Origin: Obrimoposthia wandeli
Taxonomy: Eukaryota
Assembly (NCBI GenBank): GCA_977020255.1
Contig: CDROCS010001043.1
Span: 868,001-932,000 of the forward strand
DNA: 64,000 nt
Direction of reading: 5' to 3'
Positions 12,501 to 27,500 of the stretch are shown piece after piece. The first letter of the stretch is position 1; each line of letters starts with the position of its first letter. Under the pieces are notes generated by a model. That model had not been told where the DNA came from, ran no database searches, and saw nothing but the letters and a program-made list of their open reading frames with translations. The position numbers and the translations under genes were made by a program.

Positions 12501-15500
12501 TAGGTTAGTCAAATGTTTTGAGAAAATCTGTTTAATTCTTGAATAAGCTATATCTGACAAAATTAAGTTGCATTTATTTTAAATTAAGCTTATAGAATAT
12601 TAAGTCCTAAATATCAGCTTTATACATCAATTCAAAAAGTAATGATCTTCATTTATATCTAATTACTCTGTTTTGTCTATGGAATTAATATAAGAATGTT
12701 ACAAATATTTATTTATATCTTGAAGTAAAAAAATTGAACTTCATATTTTCATGAATTGCTACAAAATACATGGAAAGATAGATCTAGCATCCGTTTATAG
12801 GCATTTAACAGCCAAAGTACAATTTTCATAGATACAGAAACGGTTGGTTGACATCGGTCATCTTTGAATTATGAAAACTTATCGAGTAATGAAAATTTAG
12901 TAACTGAATTCCTCGAATAGCATTTGATGAAATTATTGAAGAAACAAATATGTGTCACAGGTCTATATATGATATTTAACAAAACCACTTAACTTACGAT
13001 AAAAAAATACAGTGTATGGATACTGAAGGAACTGACAGAAGAACAAATGGAAACTCACATTGAAGTCGGTAAAGTGTGGTTGTCAAAAAGGAAGGAAACA
13101 GTTAGCATAACAAAATGCCACACTATGGATCAAACCGAATAAACCTGCAATATATTGCAAGGCGGACACAATCTGATAACAAAAGTTACATTACAATAGA
13201 TACTATATATAATAAAGTTCTTTTTGAACTATTACCAAAAGGAGAAACAATCAAATTTCGCGATGTATTGATTTTTTAAAAAATGATTTATTGGTCTCAA
13301 GCGATTGGTCAACGATAATTCTAAACCTATGTGTCAAAAGAAATTAATAATTTTTTACAACATAATGGTGTAAATGTTTGCAGGATGTTAATTTCTGTGA
13401 TCGGTGGCTATTTAATTTCGTAGAATCTAAAAGCGCTGTTACAAAAATTTCGATGGTTATGATGACTTAAAAACTTCCTTTATGACACCTGAAAAGCAAT
13501 TCAAAATCACCTTTTTTAAGGAAGTGAACACTCTTTTTTTGGGAATTTAAAATACATAAAGGATGCTGCTGGTTATTAATTGTCATAGCTGAAAGTTTTA
13601 TTATATTTAAATAAATATTCGTTGTTTTTCTCCAAACATTTTTGACTGACCCGAGTATATATATAGGACAAACTAATAATTTAATCTAATCTGTGTTTCA
13701 GTTTTTTACAATATTTTTTACAGACGAAGAATTTAAAGTATCACAAAAGCTTTTAACGAAACTTGTCTTTTTGTTCAAACTCGGACATTCAAGTTTGATT
13801 GCAATTGGGATTTTATGTTCATGGGATTTTAAATAAATATTTTCTTAAAAGTCCTTAATGACTATCAGAAGTACATTTTTCTGTAATCCTTAAAGCTCTA
13901 ACGTAACATATATTAATTTACTATCGCGTCAGTAGTTAACCACAGTGGCTACTCAGAGACTCCGAATGAATTCTTCAAACTCTCTTTAGTTTTTGAAATG
14001 GGTTTGCAAATTCTGGACGAAATTGATGATATTTCTAGTTTCTTATGCATGGCTGTAAATTCTTTCACAATTTCACACTGTAAATCTCGACAATCGGCAG
14101 AGGGATTTGAATATTCCAGATGCTGCATAATGTAATCAATACAACTTTCATTCCAACATTGAGCTAAAAGATGTAATGATTTTTGATGGGCGTATTAGCA
14201 ATAAATGATGTAAATCGAGTTTTGAAGCTATTATTGCACGTGCTAGAATTTCTGTAGCTTTCGTATTTACGATTTTTTTAGAAGGAATGTGAAGATATTA
14301 ACAACGTTTATTAGCAAATTTAAATATCCAGTGAATATGTTTGAATAATCTTTTAGATTGATATGATGATTTTCCAATATTAATGATATACACTCGGTGT
14401 GGGCTTCATTCAATTAAGTTTGCTCTCTGATATCCTCATGGTATTAATTTACGCTCCTTTAAACCATTTTAAAATTACTTTTGACTTATTACTCGTGTGT
14501 TCTACTTGAAAATCAAGCTTAAAATCCATATCCAGCACCATAAACTTGAGATATACCGATGTTAAATTATATATATTTAAAAAGTCGTGTTTACAAAATA
14601 TAATTGTTAAAATATATTATGTATCGTTTTGTTTGAATATTAGTTTAACCGTTTCATCTTTAGGTAACACATCATAATGAATTATACCCATATAATTTTT
14701 ATATCTCATAATACACGACGAAATCGCGTTTTTTAAAATGAAAATCGTTATTTTATGCAATAGATATATGAATGGAATCAAGACAATCGAAGATGAATGA
14801 AAATAAAACTGAGTCTATAATATTTGAATTTAAGATTAATTTGAAACGTATTAAAAGAAAGAAGTTTCATACATGACGGTGAAAATATTAGTGCTATATT
14901 AAATATATTATTTTATTTTATAGTTCCAATAAAACTGTATAACAGTTTCGTCGAGCTGTGCTTGCTTACCTAACGAAGGATTTCGTAAATAAAGCCACTT
15001 TTCATTTATAATAATGACTAGTTTCAAAAATCTTTCCAATTTTCAACATGTTTTTAAAGAATTAGTACATTTTCTAACTTTGTAAATTAGTTAAATCATG
15101 CTGTATTTAATTTGAGCGCCTTCTATTCTTTCCCATTACATTGAACTGTCCGATATTGGTTTTTGACAGTTCACTCCTACTTCAGGGTGGATCAGACTAG
15201 TCTCTTGTAATAGGGCATCATCCACATACAGCCGTGCTTGAACCACGCCACAATTAAAAATATTTGATGTTTACGACAAGTTGTACAATTATTTGTTGAA
15301 ATGAGAATTTGTGCTATAATTTATCAAATAAATGTTTTACATACCTTATAATTTTAAATCCGTTTCATCAGGCTTTAAATTCGACTAAAAATAGCTATTT
15401 CCAAAATTTATAACTTACTAAGTTTCTTTTTTTAACTTAGTAAGTTACACAGAGTGTAGTTCAAATTCAAAAGGATTTTGAATTTGCCCGAAGATGGGTT

Positions 15501-18500
15501 GTTGCACTTTTAAGTTTTTCATGTGTTATATGTGTAATAGCCATACCCGAATGCAGTGAACAGTGGTGGCGATGTTTCTAGTTGTGATGAAGTAAGCGGT
15601 TGACGTGTTAGATTTGGTAAAGTTAAAATAAAGTTTTGTCGAATAGTTTGCCAGTTATTCTGAATAAAGCTGTCGAATTTATCTTCATACATGGAACCAC
15701 ATAAATGTCACTCCCATACTTAATGAAGCTGCGTTTGTTACCAATATAAGCAAGAATTTCCTTCAAAATATTTATGTTATTGAGCACAAGGAACTTCAGA
15801 AAAATCGACACATTAGAATATCAATGTAACTAGATAATGTCGCTATAATAAATGGTGCCTATCATTCACTTTACCAATTGTCAGCTGTTCTGAGGGAAAC
15901 TTCAGATGGAACCGCAACTTTTATGCCTTTTGTTTTCTAGATTAATTTAATAGACTTTTATTTATAATTTTTAAAAAAATTAAAAAATCATCAAAATAGA
16001 TTTATAAATAACTGTTTGAAATGGATTTAGATATTGACCAAATGTAATTTCCAAATGTGACATCTCTACATTCAATATTTATAATTCAAATTACATTATT
16101 AAGACAATAAAAATAACAATTTCAAATAAAGCTAGTTTTATACTTTTAGATTTCACTGAAGAAACTGAATATTTTTATCACAAAAATCTTCAGCAATAAT
16201 TCAATAAATCATGGTATTCTCTGGAGGGTTGCATATCATACTTTTTATTTCATGAATTTATTTTGGAATTATATTAACTTTGCAAATTTTATAACGAAAA
16301 TTTAAATTAATTTTTGTGTAATAAAATAGAATAGCTGAAATGTATTTTTGAATGAAGCAAATCTAATTATATTTAGTTTTCAATAGAATTATGAATATTT
16401 CCATTTACTCTTTTTTGATCTTTTGAAAATTTGAAATTAGGGCTTCAAAGTTATAAACGTCGTTTATTGAATCAATTTGCAAATTTTTGTAGCTACCTTT
16501 TAACATATTATTATAAAAAAACATATTATATAATAAAAAATATTATTAATTTATGAAGTAAACTAAATTGATAAGAACATGCAGCAGTCATATCAGAAAG
16601 ATTTATATAATTACAAAAAATACAATGCTAACTCGTGCGATTATTAATTCGCTGATTTTTTTTTTTTAAAACTGTCAAACTTATATTATGAAGCTCCGTT
16701 TGCTACCGGTGAATGTCAGAATTGAATTCAAGATCCTACATATTATCAAAAAAGAGGTTATATCTCACAAAAACTCAAATATTTATATTTTTTTCTCAGA
16801 AATTTTCGCTCTGAATCTTTACAACAATCTGCCAATGGATATAAGAAACTGTAACAATAACCAAAAAATAGTTATATTCAAAATTTCAAATATTGGTAGA
16901 TAACGATTTAAAAATAAAGAAAATAACACAAACAATTACTAGGTGATACTCTTTTTATTTTATTTCAATTTTAAAATTCCAAATGGGTAAAATTCCCTTT
17001 TAAACTAATATTCCAAAGCTAGTTTTAAATTTAATTCAAACGTGTAATAAATGTACGTGGCATTTCTATTAATATCGAGGCATCCACTTCATTTTGGTTA
17101 ATCACGATTTCCTGACATATTGCATTACTTTATTATTAATTGTTGCTTTCCCTTGACTTGCTGCCGGTTTGATATTTGCTTCCCAAACAGTTTTGTGTTG
17201 CCCAGTTCAGCTAAACGAAGCGGGGATTCTGTCTTAAACATTGCCTTTCAGTATCAGATGCAGTCAAGCTACATTTTGGACCAGTTAATTTATTATAACT
17301 TGAATATTTGAAACAAATAACACATGTTTCTGACCTGAGAACTCTTGTATCAGTAACTTGTTTTTTTATTTCCAACTGGATAGCACTACAGAACCAATAA
17401 ACATATTCTTAATTAATTCGTTTTTCATACAGTAAAATATTTGACTGACATAAATATATCTCTTTATTCATTTAACTTTTTCTTCTGGTGAAGAGTGGTA
17501 TTCTAAGGGAAATGGTATATTTACGTATGGTTGATTTTTCTGATCGCACCTAACTAATCGAAAAACAAGTGAAAGGGTGCATGACTAAGCTAACAAAAGC
17601 TCAGATCTTAACTCCCTTGAAATTATGGGGTAGATGATTAAATATCATTGAAGATGGAAAATGTAACAATACAGCAGCTCATATCAGATATTCGTTATTG
17701 GAATTTCCACGGTGATATCCAAGAAACCCTTAACAAACTTACCGAATCAATGCATCGTATAAAACAATAATAATATATTTAATATAATGCCAACATCCAA
17801 TAAATCTATGATTTATTACTCTATTATACTTAGAAATATTTGCTTCTTGAATTTTTCAATTTTGTTACAGTTTCTATAATCATCAGTCTTTTGTTTAAAA
17901 TATTCCATCACTCTGTTATTTGAGAATTTCTTAACCTACCTGCACTCATCGACGTTGCTCTTAAGATGCATATACACATTCACTACATTAGACTTGAAAA
18001 GATTATATAAATATTTGTTTGTTTTTTTGTGAGTGAAAATAGTTTTTGATAATGCAAAATCTTGAATTCAATTCTTATATTAATTAGTAGCCAATGTAGC
18101 TTCTTTAATGGTTGACCTGTACTAGCACTTTTCTTTAATTTGAATATAATTATGTCGGCTTTGTTTAGCATTTTTCGCAATCGATTTAATTTATGAGATG
18201 GAATATTAAACACTAAATAATTTTGAAAATCAAGTCTTGGTGTAATAATCGCATGAGTTAACTGAGTAGTAAGGTATTTTCTTATTAGATAAATCTTTTT
18301 GACCTTTTTCTATTAATACAATATATGTGTAACAGTTGAGTTTGACGCATTATAAATCGAGAAGTTAAATTTGTCTCTGTTAATTTTGCCAACACTGTAT
18401 ATTTATATTTGGCAGATTTCAGATGACTTTATACGGAAAATATAAAAACACGGTTAATTTTTTTTAAAATTATAAACTGTTATCACAATCTATTATTTGT

Positions 18501-21500
18501 GTTTTTCATTTGGAAACATTTGTAGTATAAAATTGGGGATGAAAACAAAAATATTTCTTCTTATTATTTTTCACACAAAACTAGATTGGGTGAGATTAAT
18601 AATTTCCTTTCAATTCACAACGGAAGCTAGTCGGGACAATCTGGTGGAGATTTTTGAGTGTATTTGTCAGAGTAAAATTGTCTCGGGAACGGCTCTGTTT
18701 AGTGGGGAGAGTTGTGAGATGATTCACTGGTGTTCACCTGATCCCACCACTGGCAGCAGAGCAGCGCTGCCCTTGGTTGACCCGAGCCGCGCTCGGATTT
18801 GGTCGGGGACAGTATACACACAACAGTTACACTAGTTCGTAACTACTCAACTCTTAGTTCGAATGAGGAGAACTCCACTCCCACGCACGGCTGAGATTCT
18901 CTTTCAGTAACTATGAAGTTAGGGTTGTGTGTGCGTGTTGATGGATGTCACAGACAATAGAAATATAGTCGAGAGAAAGTTTTCAAAGGCAACGATCGAG
19001 TAGTGACTGAGTAACGACCAAATAAGGACCTAGCGAAGCATCTTGCACCTCGGCTGAATATTTGGCTCAGCCCATTTTATGAGTGAATAATGACTGAGTA
19101 GTGGGTGAATAATGACCTCGTACAGAGTGAGTAATAACCTAGTAGTGACTGAATAATGACTGAGTTTTGGTCACCCAGCATCACCACCCCAACAAGCGGC
19201 AGTGCTGGGATCCAGATCTCCTCCCACACCGGCTGACATCACTACCCCCGTTACCCCTGTTGCTGCACCTGCCACCCCTGTTGCCAGACCAGAAGATCAG
19301 GCACTCCCAAGACAGACTTCCTTTGCTGCTCAGCTCCAGAGTGCTGTTCTTCAGCGGAAGAAGGATCCCAGCTACCCTCCGGCTGTAGGTCCCACTGGGT
19401 GAGTCTGAACTCTCTAGCCTTTTTTATCAACTTTCAAACCACAGCTCTGCAGTTTGTAAACTTAGAAAATGACATCTGCAAAGTTAAATTCGAATTGAAA
19501 TCACTTTCGCAAATTACTCCAAAAATTCAAGAGGCAAGTTAAATCACATGTTCTGAAATTGTATTTCCATGTTTATCTATCTATCTATTTAATAATCGTA
19601 GAAAATTTAATTAATTTATCATAATTGAAGGTTGATCGAAATTCTTTGATCGATTTCAAATCGCCTTCAAATCTGTCAAATGTTTTACCATTGTGACTCA
19701 TCAATGGATAAGAAACTCAGTTTAAGATGATTCGAGACAGTCATTGTGTAAACATTTATTCACAGGAAAGGTTACATAAATGATTGAAATTGTGATTAAA
19801 CTGCCAATATGGGTACATTTGCTGTTTTGTAACACTAAATTCGGATTTTCAAGTATATATTTCAATTTCTGTACTAACAAATTTTCTTGTTTTCTACATA
19901 AAAAATAAAATAATAATATTTGTAGTCACCTATAGGAATATTCACAATCATAGTCATTTTTGTTTTAAAATAAGATAAATGTTCACAAATCCAAAACGTT
20001 AATCAATAATTCATCATCATCAGCATCGCAAATCGTGACTCGGAATGAGTGAATAACACCCAGCGATCAATATCTACACATACACCCTCCTTATGGCTGA
20101 GTCACAAATCACTGGATCACTTCTCACACGCCCTGTCTCGCTGCACAGTAGTATAACCGTGAGAAATTGACTTTTATTTACTTCTCTCTGTCTTCATGTC
20201 ACAATAAAAATTCAATTCTCGATTGTTTCAACCTTACCAACAAATTGTGATCGTAAAAATTAAAAATTCAACTTTTGAACTGAATTTATAGCATATTTCT
20301 AAACTGTTTTAACCTTTGCAAAGTCGCACCATACAATATTAATGAATAGTAGGCAACTAGTAAGGATAACTGGTTATCTGGCTTCATCATACATCGCCAT
20401 TACTGCGTATCAGAGACGACTCAATAGGCATTCGTGTTAAACTGGGTGACTTCATTTATAGTTTGAGAATAAGTTATTGGAGATCACTGATACATTTGTA
20501 AAACTTAGCACATTTCAGAACGAGTTTTATTGGTGCTCTGTTTTTTGACTTTCCCTCAAAAAACGAGATAAGTTAAGGACGTTTCATTGTCAGTATTTCT
20601 ACTAATTGGCTTTATTAGATACAACTACGCTAATATTACCAGGCCCTGTAAGAGCCACTTGGAGGTCCATGTCAGGTGATATATGTGGCCCCCTTTATAC
20701 TGAAAAATATTTATAAAATAAAATTTGTGTCGGCAGTTAGTTGTTCGACGAAAAAAATATTTGAGGCAAGTGAAAGTAGAATTACTCCAAAACTTAGGGC
20801 CTCTCATAGTTGTATTAGATTTTATTATAAGGATATTTTTGTTGCTCTACGTAAAAGAATTAAATAATTTTTTAAAAAGGTTTGCATAGTTTGCTGTAAA
20901 ATTTATATCTAAATATGTCAAGCGACCCATTGCCACCCCCCTCTTACGGGCCTTGAATATGACTAAATATAAATCACCTTTAGACTATACTGAAAGTAAC
21001 CAAATTCTGCATTTGCCACTATTGTACATTGCGCAATTTTTACTTTGACAATAACTTCAAGCCAGTATCGATATGTTTATTTGAAAAAGGGATACTGATA
21101 TAAACATAGTATAAACTCAAATAAAATGGCATATTTTTTAAGAAAAACATAAATGTCTCCCGAAGTTCAAGTATTGTCAGTTCGATATAATTCAAACGGT
21201 TAGTCTTTTTTAAGGCGATCGGAAACCGAAACTGGAACATCGTCAATTTTACACACATCGTGCTCAACATCCAAACAAATTTTAATTAAATGGTGTGTTC
21301 TAGTTATTTGGGGAAAAGACAAAAATCAGAGCAAAAATAAAACTTGTTCTGAAATGTGATTTATTTTACAGATGTATCAATGGTCTCCAATAATTAGATA
21401 TTTATGATTATTTTAATTTAATAACAATCTTTGGATACTTAAATAGATTGTCTACATTGTGTGAAGCAGTCGAATACTTTTTTAAAAAATCTGAAAAGCC

Positions 21501-24500
21501 AAAGCAAATGAACTAACGTATTTTGGAAACGTTTATGACTCGAAATGGAAAATTTAATGAAATTATTTTAATTTTTTAAGAACTTCTGTATTCAATTAAA
21601 ATATATTAATATACAATTTTTATTAATTTATTTGAATCTTCTAAAATTACAAATATAGTTTAAAAATAATACAAATAAAAAAAATTTGTAGTAAAGGGAA
21701 TTTTTAAAAATGTATTATATTTATACATAAATACTTGAGTAAGTTTAACTAATTTACTTAATATCATTTCTGTATGTAATTGATATAAAATTTACTGTAT
21801 TTTTTAAAAAGAGTCAATATTAGATTTATCTTAATAATTGCATCTGAAATTTATTCTATAACGAACTTATTAATCATTGGAAATATTGTATTCAATGAAA
21901 AGTTATTAAAATTAATCATTTGTGTTATCTGAATAAATAATATTTGTAAACACTGTTTTGAAATAAATTTGAAATACACCTATCCCCCGATTTCCACGAT
22001 GGATTGGTTCCTGAGAACACTGTGTAAATCGAAACCGTGTAAATAGGAACAAAGTCCGTATATAAAAACAGGTGCTTGATTCCAACTTAATAGGAAGTGT
22101 AAATCGAGATTTAACCCCCATAAAAACTGACATATTGGATCAAAAAACTCGTGTAAATCGAAAAAAATCAACATGAATTTATTTTAAAACAAAACAGTAG
22201 TTGAAATAGTTTGTGGTGATTCTGGATCGGTAATTGGCCAATTGGTAATGGTTTCAAATCTAGTCTTTGTCATAAAATATGTGATTCGTATTTTTTGAAA
22301 GCCATCTACATAGCTTCAATATTAGTATCCCTCACATATGAAGAATTTACCATATTCGTATCAGAACCGGCTGCTACACTCTTTCTAATTTTTTTATTGT
22401 TCTAATCGTAGTTTTATTCATGTCGTATGATTTGACAACCGTTGTTGAACTTTATCCTTTACTAAGTTGATCAAAAAAATACTTTTGTTTCCGAAGATAT
22501 AACTTTTCATATGAATGTTTTTTCACTGTCTTTTGACATTATGGGGTCCTAAAATATCATACATATTTTATAAGAAAAAATTAAAATCTTACGCTTTATT
22601 ACTACTTACTACCGTTATTAATTTTCTTAGAATATATGAAGAATAAAAACCAAAAAAATCACAGTACTGTGTTTGAAATGGTTGTAGGAAAAAATGGCAA
22701 TGGAAATAATGGCAAAGGAAATAATGGCAATGGAAAAAATGGCAAAGATAAAATATTATTTTTGTTTTTGTTATTATAAATATTTTAACTAAAAAGAAGT
22801 ATAAAAATGATGCCTTGAAGTCACAACAAATGTATACAGTAGTTCATAAGACTTACAGCAAAATTACTAATTGCGCTTTTCAAAGAGTGGCTTCTGTAAC
22901 ATATTTAGATATTAGGCAGCGAATTGATTATTTGTTAAAATAAATTTGTTAAGTACATGTATGTGTCAATATTTAAAAAACATGAAGCCATGAAGTCATA
23001 ATCACAGTAAATTTAGATAACAAATGCACCAACAATAACTAATCTCAAATGTAGGCAATCTCAAATTGTAACCAAGTGGTTGATGAGTGAACTATTTGCC
23101 TAAATGCTATCTACATGTTGATAGGATGTTCTCGAAGACTGCATAGTAATATTAATATGTGCTTTTGGTTATATATAATGTGTAAATAAAATGGCATAAC
23201 TGTACAATATTTTAATGTAAATAAATGTGAGAACAACAAATGTATCTTTGTTTAAAATAATTTTTTGGTTTTACTTATTAATTTATTTTATTTTTTATAA
23301 AATAAAATAAGTTTGCCATTTCTTCCATATTTTGCATATTGCCATTTTTCCATTGCCATTTTTCCATTGCCATTATTTCCATTGCCATTTTTTCCGTACC
23401 CCGTTTGAAATAAAACTATAAACGTAGTAGCACAAATTATAATTAGGCAAAAATCTACGCCTATTAGAATTATACACTTTCAAAAAATATGTAAATATAA
23501 ACAAAACACTGTAAAAATGTACCGTGCAAATCGGGTGAATTGTTAAATTTTAGAACCGTGTAAAAGTGAAAACATGTAAAAAGGTACCGTGCAAATCGGG
23601 AGATATGTGTATATTTCAAATCAATTCTAAAGTTTTTACAATATTACTTTAAAATAACAAACTAATATAGATTATATTTAAAATAGTACAGTATTAACTT
23701 TTAGCTCAATGCATATGGGCTAATAAAAGTTAAAGAGAAGTTCTTATAAAATTAAAATAATTTCGAGTCAAAAACGTTCCCTTGTAAGTATAATAATTGC
23801 AAATTGAAAAATGATGTAAACTAACATAGTTAATTTCTGTTCATTTTTTAAATATTGAAATGTATTTTAATGTTTATTTCAATTGTAAAGATTATTGTTT
23901 GATTTAATTTTATCTGACAATTGCTATTAAAACGAATTTTGGACAAAATTGGGAATTCTGTATGTTTTCATAATTTTCAGCGAAGTCAGAGCGTTTCATT
24001 TCAAAATCTTACCTTATTAGGAGTCAAAATCACGACCTATCTTCTACTTCTAGCATGAATGATTTGTACTGCAGAGTCATGCCAGTTAATGCTGACCATC
24101 TTTGACTTTCTGCAGAAGACGCGAATCGGCAGCCACAGCAACGCCGTCAGCGGCAGCGAGTCAGGGTGATGACATTATGTCTGAGATGCGACGCAAACTG
24201 CAGAAGCGCAAGCAACTGATCGACGGTAACCACGATGACCAGCCCCGAGTCAGTTCTCCGCCCCAACAGTTGCAGCAACAGCAGACCCATTACTCTTCCG
24301 ACAGGCAAGAGTAAGATCTTTGCACCCCATGTGTTTTATGGAGGCATACTAATCTTGTAGTTTCCCTTGCTATTCTTGTTGTTTCCAAATTATATTCTAT
24401 AGAAAATAGTTTTCTTCTAAAGTAGGGAAATTCCCGCGCTTTTTAGAGCGCCTTTCATTCGACCTCATTGGCCATTAAAATTGGATCTCAGAACATATCC

Positions 24501-27500
24501 ATGACCTCGCTGTCTGCACTCTCAGAGTCACCGCAGATCGGTCCTAGTCACGAACACATTTACACAAGCAGTGGATTTACTATACTGTTTTGATTTCCGT
24601 TCTTTTTATATTTGGTTGCTAATTATCGGAATTATAAAATTCAGCCACATTGCGATTTTATGATAATATTTACTTTTATTTTGCATTTTCAGTGATGACA
24701 TGTTGGCATGTTATGGGATTTGGATTTATCGAGTATACTGTTATCAATTTGAGCCTTACCCAGGACACAAGAGTGACACAGTTAATGGGTCTAACACGTT
24801 TTGCTATGACAACAAAGGTCATTTAGTCGACCATTCTGACAAAGAAAACCGGCGTACACGCTGTCAAAACAAGACAAGGTTTAAGAAACGATTACATCTT
24901 AATTTTTGTCAGATTCTGGGGAAATTAGTCGCTGTGCCCGGGAATTGAACCACTACTTGCCAGTGAACCACATAATACCATTGAACTATCGTGACTCGTA
25001 ACTTCTTTTGGTAACACAACTATGAATTTCTGAATGGGGATTAGGCACTTATAATTGTCAGTAACTTACTTTTATAAAATATTTATGTTGATTTTGTTGG
25101 GGTTGTTTTCTCTAAAGTTTTAACATTTAAGAGCAATGTCCTTTATAAAGGAAAAAATGTTTTTATGTAACGGTAAGATTTACGTTACTAAAATCTCTGT
25201 TGCTATATAATATTGATTCTTAGAAACAAAATATAAAGTTGATTTAACCTTCATAGATATAGTACGCATAACTGGGTTAATGTATTCAAATTTAGTAAAT
25301 TCTATTTGTTTTGTCATGAAATTTAGAGATTTATACATATTGTCATTCAATAATACAATCTATAAGTATCTACGAGCAAAAGATTCCAATAAAGAATTGA
25401 GCTTTATTGAGTGCAGATCAGAAGTGGCAGTTAACAGTACAGCTAGCAGCAACAGCAGTAGTGGTGCTGGTCCTGGTGAAAACAGACAGAATCAACCAGC
25501 TCCCGAGACTACAGCATCGATATTTGGAGGCAGCAAACTGGCCAGGCGCCACACGAGCGATATGACTGCGTCTGACAGCAACAAGACTCTGCTCCAGGTG
25601 AGTAGAAGGTGGTGTAAGTGAGTGAGAAAAGATAGAGGTATGGTTGGAGACAGTGCGTGAGAGTGAATAAATGAATGAGTGCATGTGAGAGTAAGTGATC
25701 GAATGTGAGTGAGTGAGAATGATAGTGAGGGAGTGTGAGACAGTATGTGATAGTGAGTAAGTGATTGGATTGTGAGTGAGCGAGATAGTGAGTGATTGAA
25801 AATGAGCGAGGATGTGGGTAAGTGGGAGGGAGTGAATGAAACAGTGTGTGAGAGTGAGTAAGTGACTGAGTAGATGTGAAAATAAGTGATTGGATGTGAG
25901 TGAGTGAGATAGTGAGTGATTGAAAATGAGCGAGGATGTGGGTAAGTGGGAGGGAGTGAATGAAACAGTGTGTGAGAGTGAGTAAGTGACTGAGTGGATG
26001 TGAGTGTAGGGATTGGATGTAAGGGAGTGAGAATGAGACTGAGGAGGCGAGGGATTGGAAGTGAATTAGGGAGTGGGTAAATGGAAGGGAGTGAATGAGA
26101 CTGAGGAAGCGAGGGATTGAAAGTGAATTAGGGAGTGGGTAAATGGAAGGGAGTGAATGAGACTGAGGAAGCGAGGGATTGGAAGTGAATTAGGGAGTGG
26201 GTAAGTGGGAGGGAGCGAATGAGACAGTGTGTGATAGTGAGTAAGTGACTGAGTAGATGTGACAGTAAGTGATTGGATGTGAGTGAGTGATCGAGTCAGA
26301 AGTTGAGTTCGATAAAGTAAATTAATGAGAGATTGAAGAAGTCAGATAAGAAGAAAGACTGGTTGCGAGTCAATGTTTTATGTTTATTTGCATGACTTTA
26401 TTTAAATGTTTAAGAATATACTGCACTTTATGAACATAATTCTTTCCTATTCAGGAAACTGGGAAAATTGTTACAGCCGACAGTTTTGACGAAGAAGTCT
26501 CCGCTGTCAATCCTCGTACCAAGTTAGTCATTTTTGTGTTTCCTTTATGCTAAGAGTTGTAAAATTAAATATGGATAAATGCATTTTTCAACAGTATACT
26601 TATAGAGTTCCTTTTTTGAAAATTTGTTTTTAACCTTAAATCCAAAATAATGCAAAATAGGTGACAGGGATTCTAATTTTCGAACAAATAAAATAATTAA
26701 CTGCTACACAATTTCGAGTAATGTTTACTCTATGTATATTTGTGTAAATTCACTAGCTAAAACAATCGTTAAAACTATATTCAATCAGCACTCTTGCATT
26801 CGCAGTAAGAACTCGTTGTCTAGTGACAATAGCTCGATTCAAGAACATTTGGAGCGGATAAAGACGGAGATAATCGAAGGAGTTCGCAAAGAAATTGCAG
26901 ATACCAAACGTGACATCATCAACGGTGAGTCGAATATCCAATTTTGACTTATAACAACAATAATATATTTAATATAGCGCTTATATCTTATAAATATAAT
27001 TTATTAATCAAAAGTGCTTCCTGTTTTCCATTCTTCATAATATTTGCTGAACAGCAAAGTCGTCAATTGCTTCTAGATTTTTTTATTATAGATTCTTATA
27101 TTCATCTGTAAATTGTTACAATGAATTGGAGCATTATCCATCACTCTGTTTGTTATTTGAGAATTTATTGACCAATTTACTGTCATCAATTGCTCTCAAA
27201 GCAATTTAAATCCAACTTAATTAGCAAATTTCGTCAAATTTAAATCTCTGATTTTTGTTGATGGTGATTTCTCCAAAGATAAGGTCTTTCTTCCAACAAA
27301 GCATTCTCTTCCCTTGATGATTTGAAAGATGCTGTTACGCTATGAAATCAATCCTTTAATGAAATTCCAAGAGGCCATTATCTGGCTAAAAGGGAGTCTT
27401 TGTGAAAACGATCATCCCTGTACCTTGGTTTGTTAATGTTTACAAATATGCTACTTGAATATTTTCTGTAAAAAGGCAGCTGACAAAGTATTATATAACT

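Noticed and set aside
18600-18835. GC-rich island as an extra Ena coding exon
   Set aside because: The acceptors tested give immediate stops in the required phase. It could be regulatory, but there is no support.
24425-24600. Alternative Ena exon after the FAB exon
   Set aside because: The phase-2 reading stops within ~26 codons and there is no convincing donor.
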